A DNA stretch of 24,000 nt. Origin: Tractidigestivibacter sp. (lineage in GTDB: Bacteria; Actinomycetota; Coriobacteriia; Coriobacteriales; Atopobiaceae). Of the stretch, positions 13,896-21,686 are shown one piece after another; position 1 is the first letter of the stretch; each line of letters opens with the position of its first letter. A model generated the notes under the pieces. It was not told the origin of the DNA. It saw only the letters and a program-made list of their open reading frames with translations, and ran no database searches. The stretch covers positions 160,105 through 184,104 of the forward strand of contig NZ_JBMNUX010000004.1 of NCBI RefSeq assembly GCF_050946515.1, read 5' to 3'. Made by a program: the position numbers and the translations under genes.

Positions 13896-14957
13896 CTAGT
13901 TGTTGCTGGCTACATCGCCCTTGTGGTCATGGTGATGGCAGCACTCGCCATTGCCATGGTCATGGCCGCACTCGCAGCCATCCTTGTGGTTGCTCTTGCC
14001 ATCGTCGTCCTCGTCGCCCTTCACAATGCTCTCGGCATCCAAGAGCGACCAGTCGAGACCGGCTGCGGCGGCAGTTGCCTCCTCCTGATAGAGCAGGGTG
14101 ATTGCCTGCGTTCCCATACGCTTTCCGCCAATCTGGCAGAGCATGTCGTACAGGGTGAACGCCGTCTCGGCGCCTGGAAGCGTAATGCCCCGGTCTTCTG
14201 CCTGAGAAAGCGCAAGGCCGATGTCCTTGCGCAGGTGCTCTGAGAGAAAGCCGGGCTTGTAGTCGCCAGCGACGGACTTCGGGGCCAAGCGCTCGAGCGC
14301 CACCGAGCCGCCCATGCCATGGCTCACCACGTCGAGCATCTGGGAGACATCTACGTCGCTCTGCTCTGCAAGCGCGATGGCATCGGCATAGCCAATCATG
14401 CAAGCGGCAAGCGACACCTGGTTGCAGAGCTTGGTGGTCTGGCCCTTGCCGGCTCCGCCCATGTAGTAGATCTTGCTAGAGAAGGTCTGAAGAATCGGCA
14501 GTACGGGAGCCGCGGTCTTCTCGTCGGTTCCGGCAATCAAGGTAAGCGTTCCGGCAATGGCGCCGTCCTCGCCGCCCGTAACAGGACAGTCAAAGGCGTG
14601 CTTGTCGTCAATCTCCGCAGCTTCGTATATGTCATGGGCAAGCTGCGACGACGAGGTCGTGAGGTCAATCAGGTAGGCACCCTTCTTTGTTGCGCGCAAA
14701 AGCCCGTTGGTCGTGAGGTAGACGTCCTCGACGTCGGAGGGATAGCCGAGCATCGTAAACACGACATCGGCATCCTTGGCGGCATCGGCAGGAGTGTCGG
14801 CCCAATGGGCGCCCTTTGCCACAAGGCCATCGGCCTTTGACTTTGTGCGGTTGTGCACCGTGAGGTCATAGCCGGCGTCCAGAATGTGGCCGGCAATGGG
14901 GGCACCCATGATGCCGGTGCCGATAAAGGCCACCTTGGGCTTTCTAGAAACGCTCAT
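13896..14957 (-). CDS. NAD(P)-dependent beta-hydroxyacid dehydrogenase (3-hydroxyisobutyrate / 2-hydroxy-3-oxopropionate reductase family) with a C-terminal His/Cys/Asp-rich tail
   Basis: ORF trimmed to the ATG at 14957 (MSVSRKPKVAFIGTGIMG), 18 nt after the degV stop. It has the Rossmann motif GTGIMG, FDCPVTGG and GKGQTTKLCNQ, typical of the HIBADH family. The extra ~65 aa end in DEDDDGKSNHKDGCECGHDHGNGECCHHHDHKGD. Confidence 0.85.
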   Translation of the reverse strand: MSVSRKPKVAFIGTGIMGAPIAGHILDAGYDLTVHNRTKSKADGLVAKGAHWADTPADAAKDADVVFTMLGYPSDVEDVYLTTNGLLRATKKGAYLIDLTTSSSQLAHDIYEAAEIDDKHAFDCPVTGGEDGAIAGTLTLIAGTDEKTAAPVLPILQTFSSKIYYMGGAGKGQTTKLCNQVSLAACMIGYADAIALAEQSDVDVSQMLDVVSHGMGGSVALERLAPKSVAGDYKPGFLSEHLRKDIGLALSQAEDRGITLPGAETAFTLYDMLCQIGGKRMGTQAITLLYQEEATAAAAGLDWSLLDAESIVKGDEDDDGKSNHKDGCECGHDHGNGECCHHHDHKGDVASNN

Positions 14958-14975
14958 GCAGTTGATTCCTTTCAA

Positions 14976-16091
14976 TTACTCCTTGTTCGTAGGGGCGCTG
15001 GCGTCAGAGTCCGGATCGTCAGACTTGCCGCGAACGCGCTTGGCGATGCGATCAGCCAGCGAGAGCTTCTCGCGGCGATCTGTGCCCCAAAAGACCATGG
15101 CAACCATGCCAGGTCCAACATGGCTCCCCAGGATGGGAGAGATCGAGGAGCGGATGATGGTGACGTCCTCGCAGCCCTTCTCCTTGCGAATCTCCTTCTC
15201 AAGCCAGTCGGCATCCTTCTCGGCATCGGCGCTCATGATTCCTAGAGGAAGCGATGGGTCATGCGAGTAGTTGTCGCGGAAGTCCTGGATGATGGCGCGA
15301 AGGGCCTTCCTGCGACCGCGGCACATGCCACGCAGCGTGAGGGCGCCCTTGGTGTCATAGGAAAGCTCGGGCTTGATGTCCAGGCGTCCGCCTACGTTTG
15401 CCGCCGCAGGCGGAATGCGGCCGCCCGCCGCCAGCGCGTCAAAGCTCTCCAGCGTGAAGTAGCCGTGGATGAAGTAGCGCGCCTCAGAGGCCCATTCGTA
15501 GAGCTCGCGCGCCGAGAGGCCCTTTGCTGCCTGATTGACAACCTCGATGGCGAGAAGCTCGCCAGCAGCCGAGTCGCAGCAGTTGTCCAGCACGTAGATC
15601 TCGAAGCCAGGATGGTTCTTGCGGACTATCTCGGCCGCCTGGCGCGCATTGTTAATCGAGGACGAAAGACCCTCGGGAAGCCCCATGTAGATGGTGGGCT
15701 TGCCCTCTTGGGCTGCCTTCTCGAAAATCTCAAGGTAGCGCCCCGGCGTTACTGCAGCGGTCGTGTAATGCATGTCGGGATGCTTGCGCATGTTCTCGTA
15801 AAACTCGTGGGGATCCTGGGTCTTCCACATGTCATCCACGTGCTCGCCGTCGGGGCCCACGTACGTAAACGGAATGACCTCGATGCCAAGCTGCTCGGGG
15901 ATGCCCGGCGCGTAGTCGGCCGTCGAGTCGACGATGATCTTTACGTTGCTGGGCTGGTGGTAGGGCTTTGCTACAAACGGCGCCGCGTGCGCGGCGCTGC
16001 TCTTCTCATTGTCTTCCGCCTTGTTGGAAGCGTCAGCGTCTGCCGCGGCGCCGGTATTGTTGGCGTCGATGGGGTCGTTCTCGTTAGCCAT
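14976..16091 (-). CDS. DegV family fatty-acid-binding protein with low-complexity N- and C-terminal extensions
   Basis: The ATG at 16091 has GGGAG 5 nt upstream and lies 20 nt after the hpf stop. The core has VKIIVDSTADY, SSSINNARQAAE and PILGSHVGPGMVAMVF, typical of DegV. A ~48-aa acidic/Ala-rich N-terminal extension and a charged C-terminal tail are additional. Confidence 0.85.
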   Translation of the reverse strand: MANENDPIDANNTGAAADADASNKAEDNEKSSAAHAAPFVAKPYHQPSNVKIIVDSTADYAPGIPEQLGIEVIPFTYVGPDGEHVDDMWKTQDPHEFYENMRKHPDMHYTTAAVTPGRYLEIFEKAAQEGKPTIYMGLPEGLSSSINNARQAAEIVRKNHPGFEIYVLDNCCDSAAGELLAIEVVNQAAKGLSARELYEWASEARYFIHGYFTLESFDALAAGGRIPPAAANVGGRLDIKPELSYDTKGALTLRGMCRGRRKALRAIIQDFRDNYSHDPSLPLGIMSADAEKDADWLEKEIRKEKGCEDVTIIRSSISPILGSHVGPGMVAMVFWGTDRREKLSLADRIAKRVRGKSDDPDSDASAPTNKE

Positions 16092-16111
16092 GTACTCTCC
16101 CGCCGTTGATG

Positions 16112-16702
16112 CTATTGCTGCTCTTCAATCTTCGGCTTGATAATGCCGTATCCGCCATTCTTTCTATGGTAGATGACGTTAACGAGCCCAGTTGTGGCAT
16201 TTGTGAACACATAGAAATCATGCCCGAGCAGGTCGGTCTGGACCAGCGCCTCTTCCTCGCTCATTGGCGTGAACTCAACGTACTTCTCGCGCACGAGGCG
16301 ATCGTCCTCGTCCAGCTCTTCTGCGGAGGGCTGAATCAACGACGCGAGCTCGTCGGCGCTCGCAGCGGGCGGGTGCGGAACCTGCGCGCGCTGACGTCGG
16401 TCGATGATGCGGGTCTTGTACTTGCGAAGCTGGCGGGATACCTTGTCGGCGGCCTCGTCGATGGCGGCATACATGTCATCAGAGCTTGCAACAACGCGCA
16501 CGACGTTCTTGCGGACAAATACCGTGACCTCGCAAGCCTTTCTTTCTGGATTAGAGGGGTTCTTGTCAACGCGCAGCACAACGTCGCAGGTCATAGGAGA
16601 AATATCGAAGACCTTGAGGGCGTCGCCAATCTTTTCCTCAACATGCTGGCGGAGAGAGTCAGAAACTGTGACCTTGCGGCCCGAGATCTTGATGTCAACC
16701 AT
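16112..16702 (-). CDS. hpf: Ribosome hibernation-promoting factor, long form (HPF/RaiA/YvyD family)
   Basis: ORF 16112..16957 trimmed to the ATG at 16702 (MVDIKISGRKVTVSDSLRQHVEEKI), which has AAGGAGG 5 nt upstream. It has the N-terminal S30AE fold plus the C-terminal dimerisation domain (FTPMSEEEALVQTDLLGHDFYVFTN..VNVIYHRKNGGYGIIKP). Confidence 0.9.
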   Translation of the reverse strand: MVDIKISGRKVTVSDSLRQHVEEKIGDALKVFDISPMTCDVVLRVDKNPSNPERKACEVTVFVRKNVVRVVASSDDMYAAIDEAADKVSRQLRKYKTRIIDRRQRAQVPHPPAASADELASLIQPSAEELDEDDRLVREKYVEFTPMSEEEALVQTDLLGHDFYVFTNATTGLVNVIYHRKNGGYGIIKPKIEEQQ

Positions 16703-16758
16703 ACGTGCCTCCTTACGATAGCCACGCCGCGTCTGACGAAAAGGCAGCGTCAGGGCAG

Positions 16759-16790
16759 CCGTTAATAATGTGATACCCAAATGCAAGCCC
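16759..16790 (-). promoter_or_regulatory. AT-rich patch, possible hpf-proximal promoter
   Basis: This is the only AT-rich stretch near hpf. The minus strand reads CTTGCATTTGGGTATCACATTATTAACGG. It contains TTGCAT and a GGGTAT hexamer, which resembles the stress-sigma -10 motif. No hexamer pair has canonical spacing, so the assignment is weak. Confidence 0.25.
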
Positions 16791-16899
16791 GCTGCGGCCG
16801 GCGTTGCGGCAGACGTAGAGATTCCACGGGACGTGCGGAGGCTTGCGCGCGGCTCAGGCACCTTGCGAGAAGAGCTCCGGAAAAGAGCGTCCCACCCAG

Positions 16900-17151
16900 C
16901 TGACCTGGTTTTTGACCCCACACTCGCGCACTGGGGCCTTCGCTTGAGGGGCTGCACGGCCCCGCAACTTGAAACCCTCTCGCCCGCGAGGCCGGATGCC
17001 TCTTTGTTTGTTAGACGGACGGTGCGGCTTACTTCTAGGACGAACCATGATCGCAGGCAGGCGCACCCGCCAGCTTACGTGGATCCCTTTGGCCTCGTCT
17101 GCCATGGACTAGGGCGCGCGTCGCGCCCGCAACCACAGACCTAGGTGGAAC
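16900..17151 (-). ncRNA. Probable raiA-motif ncRNA (boundaries approximate)
   Basis: It lies in the 516-nt ORF-free comFC-hpf spacer, which is the characteristic genomic context of the raiA motif class in Firmicutes and Actinobacteria. It contains dense GC helices (17112-17128; 16948-16963 enclosed by 16923-16928/16985-16990). A perfect TATAAT lies just upstream on the same strand. No covariance-model search was run. Confidence 0.45.
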
Positions 17152-17157
17152 GAAGGG

Positions 17158-17163
17158 ATTATA
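17158..17163 (-). promoter_or_regulatory. Perfect TATAAT -10 box upstream of the structured RNA region
   Basis: The minus strand reads GGACGTATAATCCCTTCG. No good -35 was found 16-18 nt upstream. A consensus hexamer is notable in such GC-rich DNA. Confidence 0.35.
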
Positions 17164-17218
17164 CGTCCTAGCAGCGAAGATAGTGAGAGTGCTTGCGAAA
17201 AAAGCCGCTAGAGCCACA

Positions 17219-18010
17219 TCACCACACGCGTGCGAGCGCGCAGCCGGTGACTGACGCCGCGCCACGGGCGAGAAGGGCGCGAGCCGACTCGCGCATCGAG
17301 GTCCCTGTCGTCACCACGTCGTCGGCCAGAAGCAGGTCAAGGCCGGCCACGTCGTCCACCACCTCGACGGTTCCCGCCAGGTTCTCCGCACGGTCCTTCT
17401 TGCCAAGGGCGCGCTGGTCTTTGGCGTCGCGGCGCGCAAGCACGTCCGCCACGGGAAGTCCCAGCTCGCGGCCGAGAGCACAGGACACGAGCTCCATGTG
17501 GTCAAAGCCACGCCTCGCATATGCAGCTGGCGTGGCAGGAACAAAGCAGAGCGCGTCAATCGCCGAGGGGTCAAAGCGAGCGCAGCCATCCCGGGCCGGC
17601 CAAGAAGACGCCTCGTCGAGCGACGTGGCCATTGCTGCCGCTATGACGGGGGCAAGCCGCAGCTCATGTGCGTCTTTCAGGCATGAGACCATGCGCGCTG
17701 GCGCGCCGGAAAACCCCATCGAGCAGATCACCGTGCGCGTCTCCCAGTCATGCTCGCACTCGGTGCAGGTGAGGTAGCCAAACGGCGCGCCGCAGTCGGG
17801 GCACGCCCAGCGCTGGCAGATCCACGGCAGAGAGGCGCGGCACTTCTCGCAAAGAAGCTCGCCAGGCATCTCGCAAAAGACGCAGCGCGTGGGCCAAAGA
17901 AGCTCGGCGAACGCATCCGCCACGCTAGATGCCCCAATACGCACAGCGACCCCCTTCCAGCTCGTGGACGGGGGTCGCCTCGATTCAACCGATGGTAGCA
18001 CAGCGACCAC
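17219..18010 (-). CDS. comFC: ComF family protein (ComFC-like, zinc-finger + phosphoribosyltransferase fold)
   Basis: N-terminal Cys clusters (CVFCEMPGELLCEKC .. CPDCGAPFG..CTEC) and the PRTase motif LLLADDVVTTGTSM. The longest ORF starts at the GTG at 18010 with no RBS. An alternative GTG at 17944 has GGAAGGGGG upstream and would give ~241 aa. Confidence 0.8.
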   Translation of the reverse strand: MVAVLPSVESRRPPSTSWKGVAVRIGASSVADAFAELLWPTRCVFCEMPGELLCEKCRASLPWICQRWACPDCGAPFGYLTCTECEHDWETRTVICSMGFSGAPARMVSCLKDAHELRLAPVIAAAMATSLDEASSWPARDGCARFDPSAIDALCFVPATPAAYARRGFDHMELVSCALGRELGLPVADVLARRDAKDQRALGKKDRAENLAGTVEVVDDVAGLDLLLADDVVTTGTSMRESARALLARGAASVTGCALARVW

Positions 18011-18046
18011 AAGCGAACGTGGAGCCGGGCCTTCAAGGCAAGGGGC

Positions 18047-19078
18047 TCATAGCGAGAAGAGCGCGCAGGCGTTCTCCCAAAACGCCCGATACGTCGCGGC
18101 CGGGCCAGACGTGCCCGCCACGTCGCGCTCATGCGCGACGCAAGCGGCAGAGAACGCCACCATGGCAGGCTCGCACTCCTCGCCACGAAGCGGCACCGGC
18201 GCCATGTAGGGGCAGTCGGTCTCTGAGAGCAGGCGGTCAGTGGGACAAGCGGCAGCAGCTGCGCGGATGTCGCCGGAACGCTTGAACGTGGCTGCGCCGC
18301 CAAAGGCGATGTAGCAGCCAAGCTCAACGAACGGCCGCATGACCTCGGGGCCGTCGGTGAAGCAGTGCAGGTCGCAGCCAGCCGCGGGGACGCCGCAATC
18401 AGAGAGCACGCGGACGGCAAGCTCGCGGGCCGAGTGGTCGTCTTCCTCTACGCCATCGCGAATGTGCAGCTCGACCGGCAGGCCATGCTCGCCGGCGATG
18501 TCCAGCTGCTTTCGGAACGCCTCCTCCTGCACGCTCGCGCCAAGCTCGTTGTAGGGACCAAAGTCAAGGCCAATCTCCCCCACCCCGACGCAGCGAGGGC
18601 TGGAAAGGAGCTCCTCCAAGCGTGCAATGGCCCCATCGTCGAACGCGTCTGCCCCGTACGGGTGCACGCCAGCAACAATATGCACGTTGTCAACGAGGTC
18701 CGGAAGATCTACACCCTCCCACCCAAGGGGAACGGGCGGGACAAGCCCGCGGCTCGCGCACTGGTCGAGCAGACGCGCCGCCTCGTCGACCTGCCGGTTA
18801 ATCCAGTCAAGATATGCCGCGGGGCTCGCAAACTTGCGCGGGATCTCGTCCACGGGGTCAACCGGGACCACCAGAAGCCGGACGCCCGCCAAGGCGGCCC
18901 GGCAGATGGCGGCAGAGGCGTCGCGTCCGCGAAAGCTCGTCAGATGCCCATGGCTGTCTGCAAGCGGGGCAAGCGCGCGCGGAAGCTCGCGCGGACGGCC
19001 TTTCTTGTCGTGGAACAGCTGCCCGTCCTCGAGCGTGAGGGCATCCAGGCAGATGGGCTCATTGGGCATGAGCTTCAT
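18047..19078 (-). CDS. tatD: TatD family metal-dependent hydrolase/DNase
   Basis: The motifs DSHGHL, GEIGLD, ELHIRD and SETDCPYMAP are typical of TatD. The start is at the ATG at 19078 or 19069, and both overlap the 3' end of rsmA (stop at 19059-19061). The protein is longer than the ~260 aa I recall as typical, with an N-terminal extension and an internal insertion. Confidence 0.85.
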   Translation of the reverse strand: MKLMPNEPICLDALTLEDGQLFHDKKGRPRELPRALAPLADSHGHLTSFRGRDASAAICRAALAGVRLLVVPVDPVDEIPRKFASPAAYLDWINRQVDEAARLLDQCASRGLVPPVPLGWEGVDLPDLVDNVHIVAGVHPYGADAFDDGAIARLEELLSSPRCVGVGEIGLDFGPYNELGASVQEEAFRKQLDIAGEHGLPVELHIRDGVEEDDHSARELAVRVLSDCGVPAAGCDLHCFTDGPEVMRPFVELGCYIAFGGAATFKRSGDIRAAAAACPTDRLLSETDCPYMAPVPLRGEECEPAMVAFSAACVAHERDVAGTSGPAATYRAFWENACALFSL

Positions 19079-19919
19079 CCCCCAAAGCTGCGGCAAGCCG
19101 CACGAAGTCAGCCGGCGAGAGCGTCTCAGCGCGGCAGCCAGGCGCAATCCCCGCTTGCGCAAAGGCCGCGTCAAGCGCGCCCTTCTCGAAGCCAGCGGAG
19201 GTCATGGAGTTGCGGATGGTCTTCCTGCGCTGGGCAAACGCCGCATCGATCACGCGCGAAGTGCGCTCGGTCGCTCCTTCGAGCGGCGCCCTCTGGAGCC
19301 TGACGACCGCCGAGTTCACGTGCGGCGGCGGCATGAAGCAGCCGGGCGCCACCTCGAAGCGACCGGTCGGACGGGCGAGAAGCGCCAGCTTTGCAGTGTA
19401 GGCGCCATACGTCTTTGAGCCGGGGGCGGCGCAGATGCGGTCGGCGACCTCCGCCTGCACCATCACAACGGCGCGCTGAACGCTCGGCAGCCGCTGGAAC
19501 ACCTGCAAGATCAGCGTGGCGGCCACCTGGTAGGGCAGGTTCGCGACGAACTTGTTGGGGGCGGAGCCCCCGGGAAGGCCGTCGGGCACCACGCGCAGCG
19601 CGTCGCCAAGCACAAGCGTCAGGCGCTCGGAGTCCTGCGCGCACGTCTCGGCGAGCACGGGCTCGAGCTCGCGGTCTGCCTCCACGGCGATGACGCGGCC
19701 GCAGCGAGGCAGAAGAGCGACGGTCAGCGTTCCAATGCCGGGCCCCACCTCAAGCACGGCGTCGGCCGGCGAAAGCTCAGCAAGCGCCAGGATGCGCCCG
19801 ATAACGTTGTCGTCTACCAGGAAGTTCTGCCCCAGCCGGTGCTTGGTGGCAAGGCCAAAGCGCTCAAGGACGGCTCGCGTCGCAGTAGGCGACGCGAGCC
19901 TGGAGTTTACGGAAGCCAC
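19059..19919 (-). CDS. rsmA: 16S rRNA (adenine1518/1519-N6)-dimethyltransferase
   Basis: KHRLGQNFLVDDNV, the SAM motif LEVGPGIGTLT and NLPYQV. The GTG start at 19919 directly abuts the metG stop (TAA at 19920-19922). Confidence 0.9.
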   Translation of the reverse strand: MASVNSRLASPTATRAVLERFGLATKHRLGQNFLVDDNVIGRILALAELSPADAVLEVGPGIGTLTVALLPRCGRVIAVEADRELEPVLAETCAQDSERLTLVLGDALRVVPDGLPGGSAPNKFVANLPYQVAATLILQVFQRLPSVQRAVVMVQAEVADRICAAPGSKTYGAYTAKLALLARPTGRFEVAPGCFMPPPHVNSAVVRLQRAPLEGATERTSRVIDAAFAQRRKTIRNSMTSAGFEKGALDAAFAQAGIAPGCRAETLSPADFVRLAAALGDEAHAQ

Positions 19920-21530
19920 TTACTTCGCAGCCTTTTTCGTGTTCAGTCGCGGGAAGAGCGCCTCGCCCTTGGCGACGGGCACGCCTCCATGGATGCCGCC
20001 CCACACGCAGGCGCCCGCGAGGTCGTCGGTCGAGGCCTCGTCCTCAAGGCCAAGGCGACGCAGCACCTCGGTCGAGGTCGAGGGCATGAACGGCTCAAAG
20101 AGATGCGCGCAGATGCGGATGGACTCGAGAAGCGACAGGATGATGTCGGCAAGCTCGTCCTTGCGGGCGGGATCTTTGGCCACGGCCCAGGGGGCGGAGT
20201 CCTCGATGAAGTGGTTCGCCGCGTGGACGAGCTCCATGACGACATCCTTGGCTCCCGCGTAGTCAAGGCGCTCCATGCACTTGGCGTAGCGACCCTCGAT
20301 GCCCTCGGCGATGCCATGCAGCGTGCCAGGCTTGCCTGCCCAGCCCTCGGGGACCTCGGGCGTCTTTCCGTCAAAGTACTTGGCGCTCATGTTCAGCGTG
20401 CGAGAAACCAGGTTGCCCCAGCTGTTGGCAAGGTCGGCGTTGTAGACCTGCTCCATGCGCTCGTAGCTGATCGCGGAGTCTTCGCCGTGGATGACGTCGG
20501 TCATGAAGTAGTAGCGATACCCCTCGACGCCGAGCAGGTCAACGACGTCCTGCGGAGCAATGGCGTTGCCGCGGCTCTTTGACATCTTCTCCGCCTGGCC
20601 GGTCTCGGGATTGCGCACCGTGAGGAAGCCGTGCGCAAAGACGTGCTCGGGAAGCGCCTCGCCGATGGCCATCAGCATGGCGGGCCAGATCACGCAGTGG
20701 AAGCGGATGATGTCCTTGCCCACAAGGTGCAACTGAGCCGGCCAGCGGTACGCAAACTCCTCGGCGCGCGAGGGGTCGCTGTAGCCCACGGCCGTGGCGT
20801 AGTTGAGGAGGGCGTCGAACCACACGTAGGTCACGTGCTTGTCGTCGAAGGGAACCTTGATGCCCCAGTCGAAGCTCGTGCGCGAGACGGACAGGTCCTG
20901 AAGGCCGCCCGCAACGAAGCTGCGCACCTCGTTCATGCGGAAGTCGGGCTGCACGAAGTCGGGATGCTCGTCGTAGAGCTTAAGCAGCTTGTCCTGGAAC
21001 GCGGAGAGCTTGAAGAAGTAGGACTCCTCCTGCACGCGCTCCAGGGGCCGGCCGCAGTCGGGGCAGAGGTGCTGGCCGTGGGTGCCCTTCTCCTCGTCGG
21101 ACTTGCGCACCTGGTTCTCGGTGAAGTAGGTCTCCTCTGGGACGCAGTACCAGCCGTCGTAGCTGCCCTTGTAGAGGTAGCCGCTCTCGCGCATGCGCTC
21201 CCACAGGTACTGGACGGCATGCTGCTGACGCGGCTCGGTGGTGCGGATGAAGTCGTCGTTCGAGATCTCGAGCTCTTTCCAAAGGTTGGTGAAAAGCGGA
21301 GCCTGCGAGTCGCACCACTCCTGGGGCGTCATGCCATGGTTTGCGGCGGCCTCGGCGACCTTCTCGCCGTGCTCGTCCATGCCGGTCAGGAACTTGACGT
21401 CGTAGCCGGCCGCGCGGCGATAGCGCGCCTGAACGTCGGCAAGCATGGTGCAGTACGCGGTGCCAAGGTGCGGCGCCGCGTTCACGTAGTAGATGGGGGT
21501 GGTGATGAAATATGAAGGCTTCTCTGCCAT
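19920..21530 (-). CDS. metG: Methionine--tRNA ligase
   Basis: ORF trimmed to the ATG at 21530 (MAEKPSYFITTPIYYVNAAPHLGTAY), which has GAGGAG 7 nt upstream. It has the HIGH-type motif (APHLG), the KMSKS motif (EKMSKSRGN) and a zinc knuckle CPDCG. Confidence 0.95.
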   Translation of the reverse strand: MAEKPSYFITTPIYYVNAAPHLGTAYCTMLADVQARYRRAAGYDVKFLTGMDEHGEKVAEAAANHGMTPQEWCDSQAPLFTNLWKELEISNDDFIRTTEPRQQHAVQYLWERMRESGYLYKGSYDGWYCVPEETYFTENQVRKSDEEKGTHGQHLCPDCGRPLERVQEESYFFKLSAFQDKLLKLYDEHPDFVQPDFRMNEVRSFVAGGLQDLSVSRTSFDWGIKVPFDDKHVTYVWFDALLNYATAVGYSDPSRAEEFAYRWPAQLHLVGKDIIRFHCVIWPAMLMAIGEALPEHVFAHGFLTVRNPETGQAEKMSKSRGNAIAPQDVVDLLGVEGYRYYFMTDVIHGEDSAISYERMEQVYNADLANSWGNLVSRTLNMSAKYFDGKTPEVPEGWAGKPGTLHGIAEGIEGRYAKCMERLDYAGAKDVVMELVHAANHFIEDSAPWAVAKDPARKDELADIILSLLESIRICAHLFEPFMPSTSTEVLRRLGLEDEASTDDLAGACVWGGIHGGVPVAKGEALFPRLNTKKAAK

Positions 21531-21650
21531 TGACTGACTCCTCATGACGGACTGATGGCACGATTTCCCACGCGCCGCGCCTCCGCGCAGCACGTAAGCC
21601 AATAGATTGTACTCTTAGAGGGCAGGCGAGAAGCCCGAGCCAGCGTTGTC

Positions 21651-21678
21651 GCAAAACCCCAGCACATTGTGCGGGGCT
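21651..21678 (-). terminator. Putative rho-independent terminator after the DUF853 ATPase gene
   Basis: The minus strand reads AAGCCCCGCACAATGTGCTGGGGTTTTGC. The stem is CCCC..CAC/GTG..GGGG with a small internal mismatch, followed by TTTT. It begins ~8 nt after the stop codon. Confidence 0.4.
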
Positions 21679-21686
21679 TATGAGCC

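Noticed and set aside
13863-14243. A hydrophobic 126-aa + strand ORF (MCAILLSDEAKLVVAGYIALVVMVMAALAIAMVMAALAAILVV..) that looks like a small membrane protein.
   Set aside because: It is the antisense reading of the His/Asp/Cys-rich tail codons of the dehydrogenase (GTG/ATG/GCC complements). It has no RBS and overlaps two well-supported minus-strand genes.
16703-16957. In-frame N-terminal extensions proposed by the ORF track: hpf to 16957, DUF362 to 1346, SBP from 1202, metG to 21602, DUF853 ATPase to 23591, yaaA from 4476 and EIIA from 6365.
   Set aside because: In every case an internal ATG with a strong Shine-Dalgarno sequence coincides with the start of the family-typical sequence. The upstream extensions are compositionally non-protein-like. 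Some of the extended ORFs were checked and begin at TTG/GTG codons (for example 11241, 13872 and 18010).
16703-17218. The comFC-hpf gap checked by eye for RNase P RNA, tmRNA and SRP RNA signatures.
   Set aside because: The diagnostic elements are absent on either strand.
- There is no GAGGAAAGTCCGG-type P4 strand. GACGGACGGTGCGGCTTAC on the + strand only loosely resembles the ACAGAACCCGGCTTA strand and has no partner.
- There is no tRNA-like GGTTCGA..CCA end.
- There is no domain-IV GGAA tetraloop helix.

The raiA-motif context fits better.
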